Shown here piece after piece: positions 38,396-50,378 of a DNA stretch of 64,000 nt (within the stretch, counting starts at the first letter, position 1; each line of letters opens with the position of its first letter). This DNA comes from Camelus dromedarius (lineage: Eukaryota), in NCBI RefSeq assembly GCF_036321535.1, contig NC_087437.1:80974001-81038000 (forward strand), read 5' to 3'. Under the pieces are notes generated by a model, which was not told the DNA's origin, ran no database searches, and saw nothing but the letters and a program-made list of their open reading frames with translations. A program made the position numbers and the translations under genes.

Positions 38396-39424
38396 CACTC
38401 TTTCTTTCTTCCTTCTTTCTTTTCTTTTCTTTTCTTTTTACTTCTTCCTTCCTTCCTTCCTTCCCTCCCTTCCTCCCTCCCTCCCTTCCTTCCTTCCCTC
38501 CCCTCCCTCCCTTCCTCCCTTCCTTCCTTCCTTTCTTAATTTTAGGTTTAGAAGCATGCAGTTTATTTTTCGGTTGGACTTCCAGGCTTTTTACATAAAA
38601 CAAACAGAAAACAACAACTATGTCACCTGTGTTTATGAATATGAGCTTCCTCTGATTTTCATAAGACATAGGGAATTCAGTCTGCTTCCCTCTGATTATT
38701 GAATTATACACAGGCACATGATGTACTGGAAAGCACTGATTTGGAAATCAGGAGGCTCCAATCCTGTATTATTCTTAGTTTGGGCTCTGTAATTTTGAAT
38801 GAGCTGCTTCCTTTCTTCAAATCCTAGTTACTTTTTGTACAATATATTCCTGTAGCTTATTTTATATGTAATATACTGTATCTCTTACCCCCCTACTCCT
38901 GTATTGCCCCTTCTCCTTTCCCTCTCCCCACTCCTAACCACTAGTTTGTTCCTTATATCTGTGAGTCTGCTTCTTTTTTGTTATATTCACTAATTTGTTG
39001 TATTTTTTAGATTCCACATAAAAGTGATATCATACAGTATTTGTTTTTCTCTGTCTGACTTATTTCACTTAGCATAATGCCCTCCAAGTCCATTCATGTT
39101 GCTGCAAATGGCAAAATTCCAGTCTTTTTTATGGCTGAGTAGTAGTCCATTGTATATATATATATGCCACATCTTTATCCATTCATCTGTTGATGGACAC
39201 TTAGATTGCTTCCTTATCTTGGCAATTGTCAATAATGCTGCTGTGAACATGGGTGCACGTACTTTTTCAAATTAGTGTTTTTTTTTTTTGTTTTGCGTAT
39301 ATACCCAGAAGTGGAATTGCTGGGTCATATGCTGGTTTTATTTTTAGTGTTTTGAGAAAACTTCATACTGTTTTTCATAGTGGCTGCACAATTTACAGTC
39401 CCACCAACAGTGTTCAGGGGTTCC
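38396..39424 (-). mobile_element. 5'-truncated L1 carrying ~300 bp of non-L1 3' flank and a (GGAA/GAAA)n tail
   Basis: L1 3' sequence ~38838-39424, unique/MIR sequence ~38538-38837, pyrimidine tract 38398-38537. Flanking repeats ctgtgcagaagct (38383-38395) / ctgtggaagct (39425-39435). Confidence 0.7.
38398..38537. repeat. (TTTC)n/(TTCC)n polypyrimidine tract
   Basis: Read directly from the sequence. Confidence 0.95.
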
Positions 39425-41210
39425 CTGTGGAAGCTTTTTTGATTTGGTATCATCCCACTTGTTTATTTCTGCTTTTGTTGCCTGTGCTTTTGGTGTCAAA
39501 TCCAAAAACTCATCATCAGGATTGATGTCAAGGAGCTTATTGCCTGTGTTTCCTTCTAGAAGTTTTACAATTTTAGGTCTTATGATCAATTCTTTAATCC
39601 ATTTTGTGTTAATTTTTGTGTATGGTGTAAGATAGTGGTCCAGTTTCATCCTGTTGCATGTGGCGGTCCACTTTTCCCAACACCATTTTTGAAGAGACTG
39701 TCCTTTCCCCATTTTATATTCTTGGCTCCTTTGTTGAACATTAATTGACTATATATGTGTGGGTTTATTTGGGGGCTCTCTATTCTTTTCAACTGAACTA
39801 TGTCTGTTTTTATGCCAGTACCATACTGCTTTGATTAGTATAATTTTGTATTAATGTTTGAATTTGGAAGGTGTGATGCCTCCAGCTTTGTTATTTCTTC
39901 TCAAGATTGCTTTGGCTATGAGGGATGTTTTGTGGTTCTATATAAATTTTAAGGTTGTTTTTTCTATTTCTGTGGAAAATGCCATTGGAATATTGATAAG
40001 GATTGCATTGAATCTGTAGATTGCTTTGGGTAGTATGGACATTTAAATAATATTAATTCTTCTAGTCCATAAGTGTGGAATATATTTCCATTTATTTGTG
40101 TCTCCTTCAGTTTCTTTCATCAGTGTCACAGTTTTCAGAGAACAGGTGTTTCACCTCCTTGGTTAAATTTACTCCTAAGTATTTTATTCTTTCTGATGCT
40201 ATTGTAAATTAGATTATTTTCTTAATTTCTTTTTCAAGTAGCTTATTATTAGTTTATAGAAATGCCACAGATTTTTGTAAATTGATTTTGTTTTCTGCAA
40301 CTTTATGAAATTCAGTTATTAGTTCTAACAGCTTTTTAGTGGACTTTTTAGAGTTTTCTATATATAAGATCATGTCATCTGCATATAGTGATAGTTTTAC
40401 TTCTTCCTTTCTGATTTCCATGCCTACTGTTATTATTAGCCTAATTGCTCTGGCTGGACTTTCAATACTGTATTGAATAAAAGTGGCAAGAGTAGGTATC
40501 CTGATTTTGTTCCTGATCTTAGAGGAAAAAGCTTTTCATATTGGCTATAGGTTTTTCATATAAGGCCTTTATTATGTTGAAGTATTTCCCTCCATATCCA
40601 TTTTGTTAAGAGTTTTTACCATAAACAGATGTTGAATTTTGTCAAATGCTTTTTCTGTACCTTGTCTTGAGATGATCATATAATTTTTATCCTTTGTTTT
40701 ATTAATGTGATGTATCACATTTATTGATTTGTGGATACTGAACCATCCTTGCATCCCTGGAATGAATCCTGTTGGATTGTGGTATATGACAACTTCTGTT
40801 ATGAGTGAATTTTTCTTGGTTTTCAGAAGACCTGTGGTGCCAGTTTTAGACAATGGTCTTATGAGCACAAGGAAAGGAAGAACTACTCCCACTTCAGTGA
40901 GCGTCAGCTGGTCTGATGGGAGGAGAAATAGAAAGTTGAAACTGTTACCTTCTCTGGTTACTGCCTCAGTGATGCTAGTCACTGCCTGAATACCTCATTA
41001 AAAAAAAGACATTCAGTTTTTATTCTGTCTACTCAGACAGTGCAAGAAATTCTGGGCTTCTTGGGGCAAGGGTTTCCAATGGAGTTTTTGCTGCACTGAC
41101 CAGCAATAGCTGGTCAGCACAAGGATGCCTTCCCTAATGCTCAGGAGATGCTGAATCCTAACCATTGCTTCTGAGGAATGTAGACCACCCAGTGCTGATG
41201 CTCTTTTATA

Positions 41211-41670
41211 TTGTGATGTTGTCCGCAGAGGAGGGCTGACATGGGGTTCTAGGAGATGAGCAGCCCAAATGAAAAAATGTGCGAGGAGTTGCCATACTGC
41301 CAGACAGACTTCAGCAGGAGACACCATGGGATTAAAACACTTTATTCTATTGCCACAGGGTGGTGCACATGCCTATGATGCACCTGTCCTGCTTTTTATC
41401 TGTTCTCTGCCAGCACATGAGCAACATGAATTTCTTTGTTCATTAGGCTTACAGAATATCTCTAGCGCATGCGTGCTTCTATTTTCTTTGTTATAAATCT
41501 TATATAATTGACAAATGCCTACAGCTGTTATTTACTACATACTACAGACATGCTCTGATTGTGGTCTTGAGTCCCATGGCCTTAACTCATCTCAAGGCCA
41601 GCTCACAGATGTTAAAACTGTCCTTGGCCAGTGAATGGCATCTATCTCTGGGGCAACATTTACAGCACAA
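41211..41670 (-). mobile_element. Possible old ERV LTR, family unknown
   Basis: TG...CA-bounded segment with tttatt about 130 bp from the left end, the layout of a minus-strand LTR. No clear TSD. Confidence 0.35.
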
Positions 41671-42994
41671 CATGTTACTTGCAGATTTGAATATAAATTA
41701 TTAAGTTCTGGTTGTTACCTGGAAACCCAATGATCTCCATGGCCATGTCTTAATAAACTGTGCTAATTGCATACTTAAGAGTTTTTTTCCCCAAGCACTC
41801 CTGTGAATTTATTCTTTTCATTGTGCTACAGCTCTTGAAGGTTTTGTTCCAGGCTTCTGTCCTGAGGAGTCAGTCACAGGAGTATAGATTTGTTACAACT
41901 GACCCAGGAAGTTTGACCATTATAGGACTTACCTTAAGCACATTTTCTGGGTGATTACATTGTATGAAAGTACTGGACTACATTGTATGAAACCTGCAGG
42001 CTACTGGTTTGAAGAGATGGATGATAGATGACTAACTAGAAAGCTTCTGGAAGAATCTAAGCTTTTATAGCCTGTACTTCCTTATGAAGATTACATTTTG
42101 AGAGGAAACAGACTTTATAGTCCCCAAAGTGGCTGCTGCGTTGACCTTAGGTGTTACGTATTTCTGTAGGCTTTATTTTTAAATATTTGTTTTTATCTGT
42201 CTTGACTTTCTGTGGTTGAATAAAAGATTCTGGTTTAGATTATTCCAGAATAGATTTTTTTTTTAAATTAAGGAACTACTGTTAAGGCAAACCTCTGTTT
42301 TGTTTAGGGGTACCAACCCTTTTTTATCACAGATTTTTTTATTTTGCGGGGAAAATATTGCTTCTTTATTCTTTATTTATATAGTGATACTTTTAGATAG
42401 ATATCTCTGTGAAGTTAAAACAAATGATTTCAGAGAATTTAGAAGTTTCTAAAAAGAAGGTTATTTAAGGTTTTGTAAACTTTTATATGAGTTACTTGCT
42501 ATTAGATAAACATTCTAAGGGAATATTTTTCTTAGATTATTTTGAGCTTTAACATGCTTCTTTCTGTTAATCCCTTTAGCTTATGGTTTTGACATATCAG
42601 ACCAAGTTATTAGGGGATTTAAAATAGCTTTATCAGCCTGAGTAAGTAGGAAAATTGAGGAATTTCTTAGGTAAAATGCCACACAACCTGATTTCGTTGT
42701 GGCTTCTTACAATAAAGTAACTACCAAATGCAATTATAACCACAAGCTTATTTAGGTAGAATGCAAATAGTTAGTTCCTAGGACCCTGTGCTCTTTTTCA
42801 AACTAATTATCGCCACCCCTCCACAGTTTTATTAAGATAATTGACAAATAAAATTGTATATAATTAAACTGTACAATGTGACAATTTGAAATACATATAC
42901 ATTGTAAAATGGTTACCACAGTCAAGTCAACACATCTATCATGTTTTCTTTCTTTTTACTTTTTAATTTTAGTTTTAAAAATTTATTTTAGATA

Positions 42995-43145
42995 GGGGAG
43001 GGTATAGCTCAAGTAGTAGAGCACGTGTTTAGCACGCACAAGGTCTTGGGTTCAATCCCCAATACCTCCTATAAAAATAAACAAACCTAATTACCTCCCC
43101 CACCCCTGCCAAAATAAAAAAAAACACAGTAATAAATAAATAAAA
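42995..43145 (+). mobile_element. Vic-1-like tRNA SINE
   Basis: ggggagggtatagctcaagtagtagagc A box, gggttcaatccc B box, A-rich tail. Confidence 0.9.
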
Positions 43146-43463
43146 TTTAAAAAACTTATTTTATTGTGAGAACGTTGATTTATAACATTATATGAGTTTC
43201 ATGTGTATAACATTACATTTCTACTCCTGTATACCCTAAAACAAACTCACCATCAAAATTTTAGTTTTCATCCATCACCTTTCAGTTGATCCCCTTTACC
43301 CATTTTGCCCTCCCCCCATATCTCTGATAACCATTACTCTGTTCTTTGTATCTATGTGTTTTTTGTTTTCTGTTTTTGGTTTGGTTTGTTCGTTTATTTA
43401 TTTATATACTTATCATTTATTTGTTAGTTTTTTTATTTTCCACATATGAGTGAAGTTATACAG

Positions 43464-43780
43464 TGTTACAGAACTGGCAGGCCAGCCAAGAAACAAACAC
43501 CACTTGGAGGGTTGGAGTACTCAGATTTATTACGCTGGCGGGCTCAGAGGGGCTTCTGCTCCGGAGCTCTGAGCACCTCCAGGAAGTGTAAGTGAGGTTT
43601 TATAGGGTCCCTTACAGCTCGGGGTCCATCAACCAATAGAGTGAGTACAGCTAGGCAGTATCATTAAAGCGTAAACAAAGGGTCATTTGCAGTAAACCAA
43701 AACCTTTCTAGTAAGGTGAAACTTAAAATTCATGAGTTAGCCCAGCCCAGTCTTGGCCCAGCCCAACCTTTTCCTTCTCA
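43464..43780 (-). mobile_element. ERV1-class solo LTR (317 bp)
   Basis: tgtta...ctca termini, 4-bp TSD acag, minus-strand TATAAAA and AATAAA. Confidence 0.9.
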
Positions 43781-44220
43781 ACAGTATTTGTCTTTTTCCA
43801 TCTGACTTATTTCTCTAAGCATAATACCCTCAAGGTCCATCCATGTTGTCACAAATAGCAAGATTTCATCTCTTTTATGGCTGAGTAGTAGGTCACTCTG
43901 TGTGTGTGTGTGTATGTGTATGTATGTATCGCATTTTATTTATCCATTCATCTCTTGATGGACACTTAGGTTGTTTCCATATCTTGGCTATGCTACTGTA
44001 AATAATGCCATGATGAACATAGACGTGCACAACATTTTTTCTTTTTGTATGGTGACTGCACCATTATACTCTGTTTCTATTAACATACATGTAATATCAT
44101 ATGATTTATATTTGTATGATAGTATTTGACTTTCTCTCCTGGCTTGTTTCATTTATATGATATCCTCCAGGTTTGTCCTTGTTGTCACAAATAGCAGGAT
44201 TTCCTTTTTTTAAATGGCTC

Positions 44221-44530
44221 TTACCAGTTCAGCGTTACCCTGATATCAAAGCCAGCCAAAGACACTCTTAAAAAGAAAGTTATAGGCCAATATTCTTGAT
44301 GAACACAAATGCAAAAATCCTTAACAAAATACCAGCTAACTGGATTCGACAACACATTCAATGGATCATACACCATGATCAAGTGGGATTTATCCTTGGG
44401 GTGCAGGAATGGTTCAATGTGTACAAATCAGTAAATGTGATATACTACATTAACAGAATGAAGGCTAAAATTCACAGATCATCTCAAACTAGGATGCAAA
44501 AAAATTTGACAAAATTCAACATCCTTTTAT
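44221..44530 (+). mobile_element. L1 ORF2 RT fragment inverted relative to adjacent L1
   Basis: ORF 44296-44532 [20 protein letters not shown]. Confidence 0.85.
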
Positions 44531-44701
44531 AACTTAGTTTTGATAGTTTAGTAGAATGATGCTGATAAATGGCTCTAGAGTTTTGTCTGAATGATGCTAA
44601 AGGAACTAATAGGGTTCCTTTTGAGATACTTTAATATCATTGTCATTATGGGTACTAACCTGAATATGAACTTGTACTTTAAAAAAAGTTCCAATCTAGA
44701 C

Positions 44702-44844
44702 TTTTTTTTTTTGGAGGTGGGAGGTAATTAGGTTTATTTATTATGCTGGAGGTACTGGGGATTGAACCTAGGACCTTGTGCGTGCTAATCACACACTCTA
44801 CCACTGAGCTGCACTCTACCACAGAGCTATACCCTCCCCACCCC
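44702..44844 (-). mobile_element. Vic-1-like tRNA SINE with internal head duplication
   Basis: A and B boxes on the minus strand. Flanking repeat gaacttgtacttt at 44668-44680 and 44845-44857. Confidence 0.9.
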
Positions 44845-45603
44845 GAACTTGTACTTTTTAAGTAAACTGTTCTATCAAGTCAGAGATCAGCTTGTCAGCC
44901 ATCACAGCCATTTTAACTGATAAAATTAGCCAGAAAGCAGGGTTCTTTTGTTCTAGGATTTATGGTTAAAGAAAACTTGGTTACATAACTCTTAATCATA
45001 GAGATTTTAACTCTTTGAGGAAAGTATGTAATAAAATTATAACTGGGGAAAAAAGTGAATCAAAATTTCAGAATCCAAAAATAGAATTATAGATTTTTTG
45101 TAAAGTATCTGGCATTAGTATCTGACTCTTGTATTGGGCTGTGTTAGAAATACATTGTACAGTCTGTATAGTATAGTAAAAGCAAATAGTAGAAGAAAAA
45201 GCAGGGATTCTTGGTTAGTTTAAAGTCTTCACTGTTAGATGGAAGATACTTTTCAGCAAATCTCTGAAACATCTGGGCAGAACTCAAGGATGCCCCTGGG
45301 TTGGTGCATGTTGCAAACAAAGGTTTGAGCCCAGCAGATTTTTGAGTATCAGTCATTCTAAATGACTAGTCAGTGATTGAGTTCCAGATTCTTTCTGGAT
45401 GACATTAAGTAAGAGGAGGGGAAAAAAGGTACCACATGTGGGAGGAAGGCAAATGGTATGGGAGATCCAGTAAAGACTCGGACATACTTCAGCTAGTTGC
45501 TGCTTACTTTATAAAGTGGTAGCTTTCATTTTTGGTGACCTTCTTCTGTCTGATAAATCTACTTCCATGTAGCACTACGGCTGCTCAGGACTACCACTGA
45601 CAA

Positions 45604-46056
45604 TGTTACGGAAACGACAGGCCAGCCAAGAAACAAGCACCACTCGGAGGGTTGGAGTACTCAGATGTATTACGCCGGCGGGCTCAGAGGGGCTTCTGCT
45701 CCAAAGCTCTGAGCACCTCCAAGACGTGCGCATGAGGTTTTATAGGGTAAAGTACAAGCTTGGGGTATTCGGCCAATAGGCATGGAACAGCTTTAGCAGC
45801 ATTATCATCACAAAAGTGGAGGCGGGGAGGCAGCAAACCAACATTCCAAAGCCAGATATGTATCTTTGAAAATCCAGCTGGCTAGCAAAAACACATAAAC
45901 AGCAAACCAACACTAATTAACCTAGATTTACAAGTTAGTCTAGCAGAACTCAGATCAGTATTCCAATACTTAGACTTGTTAGCCCAGCGCAGCCTCTCCT
46001 TCACATTCCTAGACCTGTGAGTTATCTTGCTAGACCAGCCCGGTTTTTCCTTCACA
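45604..46056 (-). mobile_element. ERV1-class solo LTR (453 bp), related to 43464-43780
   Basis: tgtta...caca termini, 4-bp TSD acaa. The first ~140 bp align closely with the 43464 LTR. Confidence 0.9.
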
Positions 46057-46231
46057 ACAAAAGGGGAGAATGGGCAGACGTCTGACTAGGGAGGGAGGAC
46101 TCAGACTACCCTAGACGTGGCTGATGGCCAGCAAAGGAAGGAAGGATGAAGATAATGATATCTTACACAGCCGTGAAACCTAGCGCAGTCTCCTTGAGGT
46201 AGAAGGCTATGAATTGTTAAATTTCAAAATA

Positions 46232-46430
46232 CAGTCAGCCTTCCGTATCTGCGCCTCTGCATCCGCAGAGTCAACTACCTGCGGACTAATTTCCCTGCGG
46301 ATTTTGCTTCTCCAGAACCTGCCCAAGGGAGGGCCGACTGTACCACAGCATTTTGTATGTGAGATATGAACATCTGCGGATTTTGGTGTCCGCAGGGGAT
46401 GCAGACCCTGTGGATGCTGAGGGGCGACTG
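46232..46430. mobile_element. TcMar-Tigger MITE (MER2-like)
   Basis: TIRs cagtcagccttccgtatc / gatgctgaggggcgactg, TA on the left, internal ggagggccgactgta terminus copy. Confidence 0.8.
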
Positions 46431-48349
46431 CCATGTATGACGTTGCGTGTGAAGTGGAGGCCAGGTCAGAGGGGAGAGGGTTTTCTGGGCGACTTCACCC
46501 AGAAGAATACAGTCGTTACAGCGTTAGTAGCAGATTTCCAGAGAGTGGTGTTTGGGTTAACAGAAGTTTGGACTTCCGTATGAAATTAGATATGCTACTT
46601 ACTCATGAATGGCCATCAAAATACAGTTTCCCTTACAGTGTTGGAAAAGAGAGTTACGCCCATGACACATTTCCTGAAAGAATTACCTGAGAAGTCTGTG
46701 AAAGAGTGCCTGCTTGTCGCCCTTTTTTTTTTGGAAGCTCTCCAGCTTTTTACCTCCTTTCCTATATTTTGAAAATTCCTTGCCACAGAGGTTCTGATGG
46801 GAAGCAAAGCCTGTCTCTCACTACAGACGCTGAAAATTCTTACCATCATAGAAACAGAAAATTCTCATACAGTGCTTCTCTAGCTCTTAGGGACTAGTCA
46901 ATCAGATACAGAGGTCTGGGATGTTCAGTTAGGAGTTCCTGGGGCCAGGGTGGAGGCACAGGCCGGGAGGGGCTGTGTGAGGGAGGCAGCAGCAGTGTCT
47001 CGGGAGGGGCTGCAGCGCTGGGGGTTGGGGCGGGGCAGGGTGGGAGCTGCTCGTCCTCCTGGCTGGTCTGTGCTGTGACTCTGGCTGTGACCACACCTGC
47101 AGAGCTTTCCTTTGTTTCTGCCTGTTCTGAGCCTGATTTTCCAGTCTAAATAAATGGGAGATACCAGTACCTTTTAGCAAACTTTTCTTACCCCCTGCTT
47201 AATTCAGGTCAATTTGGTTTCCATTCTTTGCAATTGACTGTATAATACACAAGGGAATCGGAAAACCATCTCCCGTCCCTGAGCAAGAGCACTTGATGGC
47301 GTTTAAAAAGCTGGAAATTAAATTGAGCTTTTTAACTACAGAACTTTTTAAGGCCAAGCACCACTCTGGGAAGGGGAGGGTAGAACATTGTTCTGTGTGA
47401 AAAACTCACAAGCTCTGAGCAGGGCCAAACAGTAAAGGAATCTGACCACAGAAGACTGCTTGACTACTTCTCTTTCCTCAGGAAGTCGTTTCTATCTTCT
47501 CTTACTTACCAGGCTTCGGTTCTTGCTTTGCTTTTATTCTCTGCTAACTTGTGGTCCTAATGTGAGGCCTGGCAAAGAGTAGTTGCTGCAGGATTTGTTG
47601 AATCACTTTTCATGGTTCTGCAGTTTCTTGACTCTTGGAAATAAGCAGCCGAAATAGTTTTAAAGAATGATGAATCTTTGGTTTATTTCTATCTGAATGC
47701 TTTGAAATCACCCCCTAATTAGAAAATAGACTGTAATTTTTCATGGAGTCTTAAAAGATCCTTTATGTATCTTTTGCTTTGCAAAGAACTCTTTGCTACT
47801 GCAGATGTGTCTTTGTGGTTTTACTTTTGAGTGATTAACTTGGGATAAGGGAGCCTTTTGAAGCATTTACTTGTGAGTTCAGAATGTAAATACATTATAA
47901 GGACTGCTGCTGTAGGGAGAGTCCTAAAGCAAAATAAAACTTAGAAACTTGAAAACAAAATGGAAGGACCTTGTTTTATTTAAGGAGAAGAAGGAGAAGG
48001 AAGAAAGAAAGAAAGAAATGTCTACAGCATCATAATTGGAACCCAGTGTACTTGGAGCCAGATGGCTTGCTCTTGGCTTTGGAGGCCAGTAGGCTATTCT
48101 CCAAACATCACAGCCTGAGACAGCCTTGTAATCAAAGAGGAAAATAACTGAGGAAAACTTTGGAAAGCCCCTAGTCTCTGTGATGTTTGTTCCGTTGGCT
48201 ACCTGGTAATAGTAAGACTTTTTCAGGTTCTTTCCACAGTATTTGGAGCTCTAATGTTTGTCCCTTGTCCATACACATATTAGGTCACAAAAACATTGTT
48301 TAACTTGACTCTGTAAAACACCTGTATAGAATCAATAAATTCTAAAACT

Positions 48350-48502
48350 TTTCAGTCTATCAAGTAATTTTACAGCTTTTAAAAATCCTGATTCCTTGGA
48401 CGCACCCAGGACCAGGTTAGTCAGACTGGGGTAGAACCTAAACATCAATGTTTTTTAAAGCTCCCCATGTAGTTCCAATGTGCAGCCAAGGTTGGAATGT
48501 CT
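48350..48502. mobile_element. MER5-like hAT fragment
   Basis: aaagctcccc..aatgtgcagccaaggttggaa 3' motif. Confidence 0.55.
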
Positions 48503-48579
48503 GATTTTGGCGCAAGTTTATATGTTTTAACTTTCTTTCATTTTAACTTATTAACTTACTTTCCATTATTTTTAATATT

Positions 48580-49795
48580 TCATTAAACATAAGAAATTAT
48601 ATTCATCAAAATCCACCCCTAAGAAAATGAAAACACAAGCTACAGATGGGAGCAGGTATTTATAACACATATAATGAGCAAAGGGCTTACTTCCAAAATA
48701 TGCAGTGAATGCATAAAAACCAGGAAAGAGGCAACCCAATAGTAAACCAAAGTGACAACTCAATAGTAAAATGAGCAAGAAATTGAAAGGCATTTCACAA
48801 AGAGAATATCCAAATAGCCTACTTTTCAGTAGCTGAAAAAATGAAAGTTAAAACCCTAAGGAGCTACTGATTCAGGAAGACAGATGTGGGACATGAGAAG
48901 GGCTGTGTCCCAGGCTTAGGTCGAGCTCCTGGGATGTGCCCCGCCAAGCGTGGGTCCTTGGCTTCACGCAGGAAGGAATTCAAGAGCGAGCCAAGGTTGA
49001 GTGAAGGTAGATTTATTCAGAGAGATACATTGAAAGGCAAGAGAATGGCCACGAGGTGTGAGGGTTGGGTGCTCAGATTAAAAGTAGGTTCTGTCCATAG
49101 ACAGAATGCGGGACTTCTCCCAAGAGGGAGAGAGAGGGGCGGCCGCAAGGCGCTGTGTTGCTGGTTTTTAATGGGCTTGGTGGCTTCATATGCTAATAAG
49201 TGGAAGGACCAGTCTAAAGGGAAGGGGCTGGGATTCCCAGGAAGTTGGCCATTTCCCACTCTTTGACCTTTTGTGGCTAGCCTTGGGACTGCCTTGGTGC
49301 CTGTGGGCGTGTTATTCCCTTGTTAATATGTTACAATGGGCGTATAATCAATCTCAGATCTACTAAAAGTTAAATCTCTCATCATCCTGAGCCTCAAGGC
49401 CTACTGGGGGTTGACTCTTCCATTTTGATGTTAATTGCTGTGGCATTCCTTGAATGGCTGTGCCCTGCCCCCTGCCATCCTGTCTCACTACCACTATACC
49501 TCCAACAGGATGGCTAGGATTAAAGAGACCAAAATACCAAGTATTGGTGTGCAGAAGGAATGCTGGGAAGGGAATACTCATATATTGCTGGTAAAATTGT
49601 ATAGTGAAAAAATCACTTTGGAAAGTTGTTTGGCAGTATCAAATAAAGCTGTATATATACCCATCCATGTCCTATAATCAGCAGCTCCACTCTTAGTGGA
49701 ACCCAGCAGAAATGCATACACATGTATGTACATCAGAAATAGATATGAGAACATAAAGAGGTATGTAGATGATCGGTACACTATTTTATATGGCC
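48580..49795 (+). mobile_element. Old L1ME-like 3' fragment split by an LTR
   Basis: Degenerate ORF2 C-terminus (aggcatttcacaaagagaa..gagctac|cactatacc..ggatggctagga). Confidence 0.7.
48868..49487 (-). mobile_element. MER41-like ERV1 solo LTR (620 bp)
   Basis: tga...tctca termini, TSD ctac. gggtccttggcttcacgcaggaaggaattcaagagcgagcca and tccatagacagaatgcggg resemble MER41. Confidence 0.8.
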
Positions 49796-49822
49796 CAGTA
49801 CTTTGCTTTTAGGTCATGACAT

Positions 49823-50378
49823 TGTTAATGCAAAAGGGGAAGGGAAAAGACCCCAGTTCTCGTCTTACCCAAAAGATAAGAATTCAAACAGGAGACAGAA
49901 GCATTGTGTAGTGAAAGATTTTAAAGGTTTTATTTAGCAAAGGGAAAGTCCACCTCCAAGAATGGGAGGCATACTGATCCAAGGGTGGGTAACTATGGTC
50001 TTTGTTTGCCCCTTGTCTTATTTCCTCACTTAGAGGTGGTCTCTTGATTGATTGATGGCTCTTGCCCCTGGAGTGCTTAGTTATGCTCATCCCCCTTTTC
50101 ACATGTCTTTACCTTTAATGCACTGAGAAAAACCCATGATGGAGCCTAAACCGCAGTTTTAATTATATTACAGTGAGCACTGGGTCATGTCCAGTTAGGT
50201 CCTTGTTGCCACTGTGCAGTTGCTGCTCTCGGGCTCTAACCGGTTTCTTGCTGGCACTCATTCAGGGGGAAGTAAAGCCCCTTTATGCTGGAGGCAGGCA
50301 TACCACCATCTTCCAGACCATCCTCCCTCTCTTCCCGCCTTATCTGCCCGGTGACCCCACTTATCCAACTTCCTAACA
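49823..50378 (-). mobile_element. ERV1-class solo LTR (556 bp)
   Basis: tgtta...taaca inverted termini, TSD acat, minus-strand AATAAA at ~49930. Confidence 0.85.

Larger units (their letters stand above)
37250..40790 (-). mobile_element. L1 (L1MA-like) 3' half, interrupted at 38396-39424 by a second insertion
   Basis: 3' UTR at 37250. ORF2 remnants at 39344-39712 and 40572-40790 (KAFDKIQH). L1 sequence resumes at ~39425 where it stopped at 38395. Confidence 0.85.
42826..44220 (-). mobile_element. Nested L1 3' fragments (L1MA-like) hosting a SINE and an LTR
   Basis: Two L1 3'-UTR starts (~42826 and ~43157); the older copy resumes at ~44036. Confidence 0.7.

Noticed and set aside
38109..38717. 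202-aa ORF, the longest in the window
   Set aside because: Chimera of unique DNA, the (GGAA)n tract (K/E/G/R low complexity) and degenerate L1 sequence.
41096..41117. Perfect 9-bp hairpin ctgaccagc-aata-gctggtcag
   Set aside because: A single short stem can arise by chance in 64 kb, and it is too short for a pre-miRNA.
42995..43070. tRNA gene
   Set aside because: The tRNA-like head continues into a SINE body and A-rich tail, and three more copies occur in the window.
43464..46056. Two similar LTRs 1.8 kb apart as the ends of one deleted provirus
   Set aside because: Each has its own TSD, the U3 regions differ, and the intervening DNA is L1, SINE and unique sequence with no visible PBS, gag or pol.
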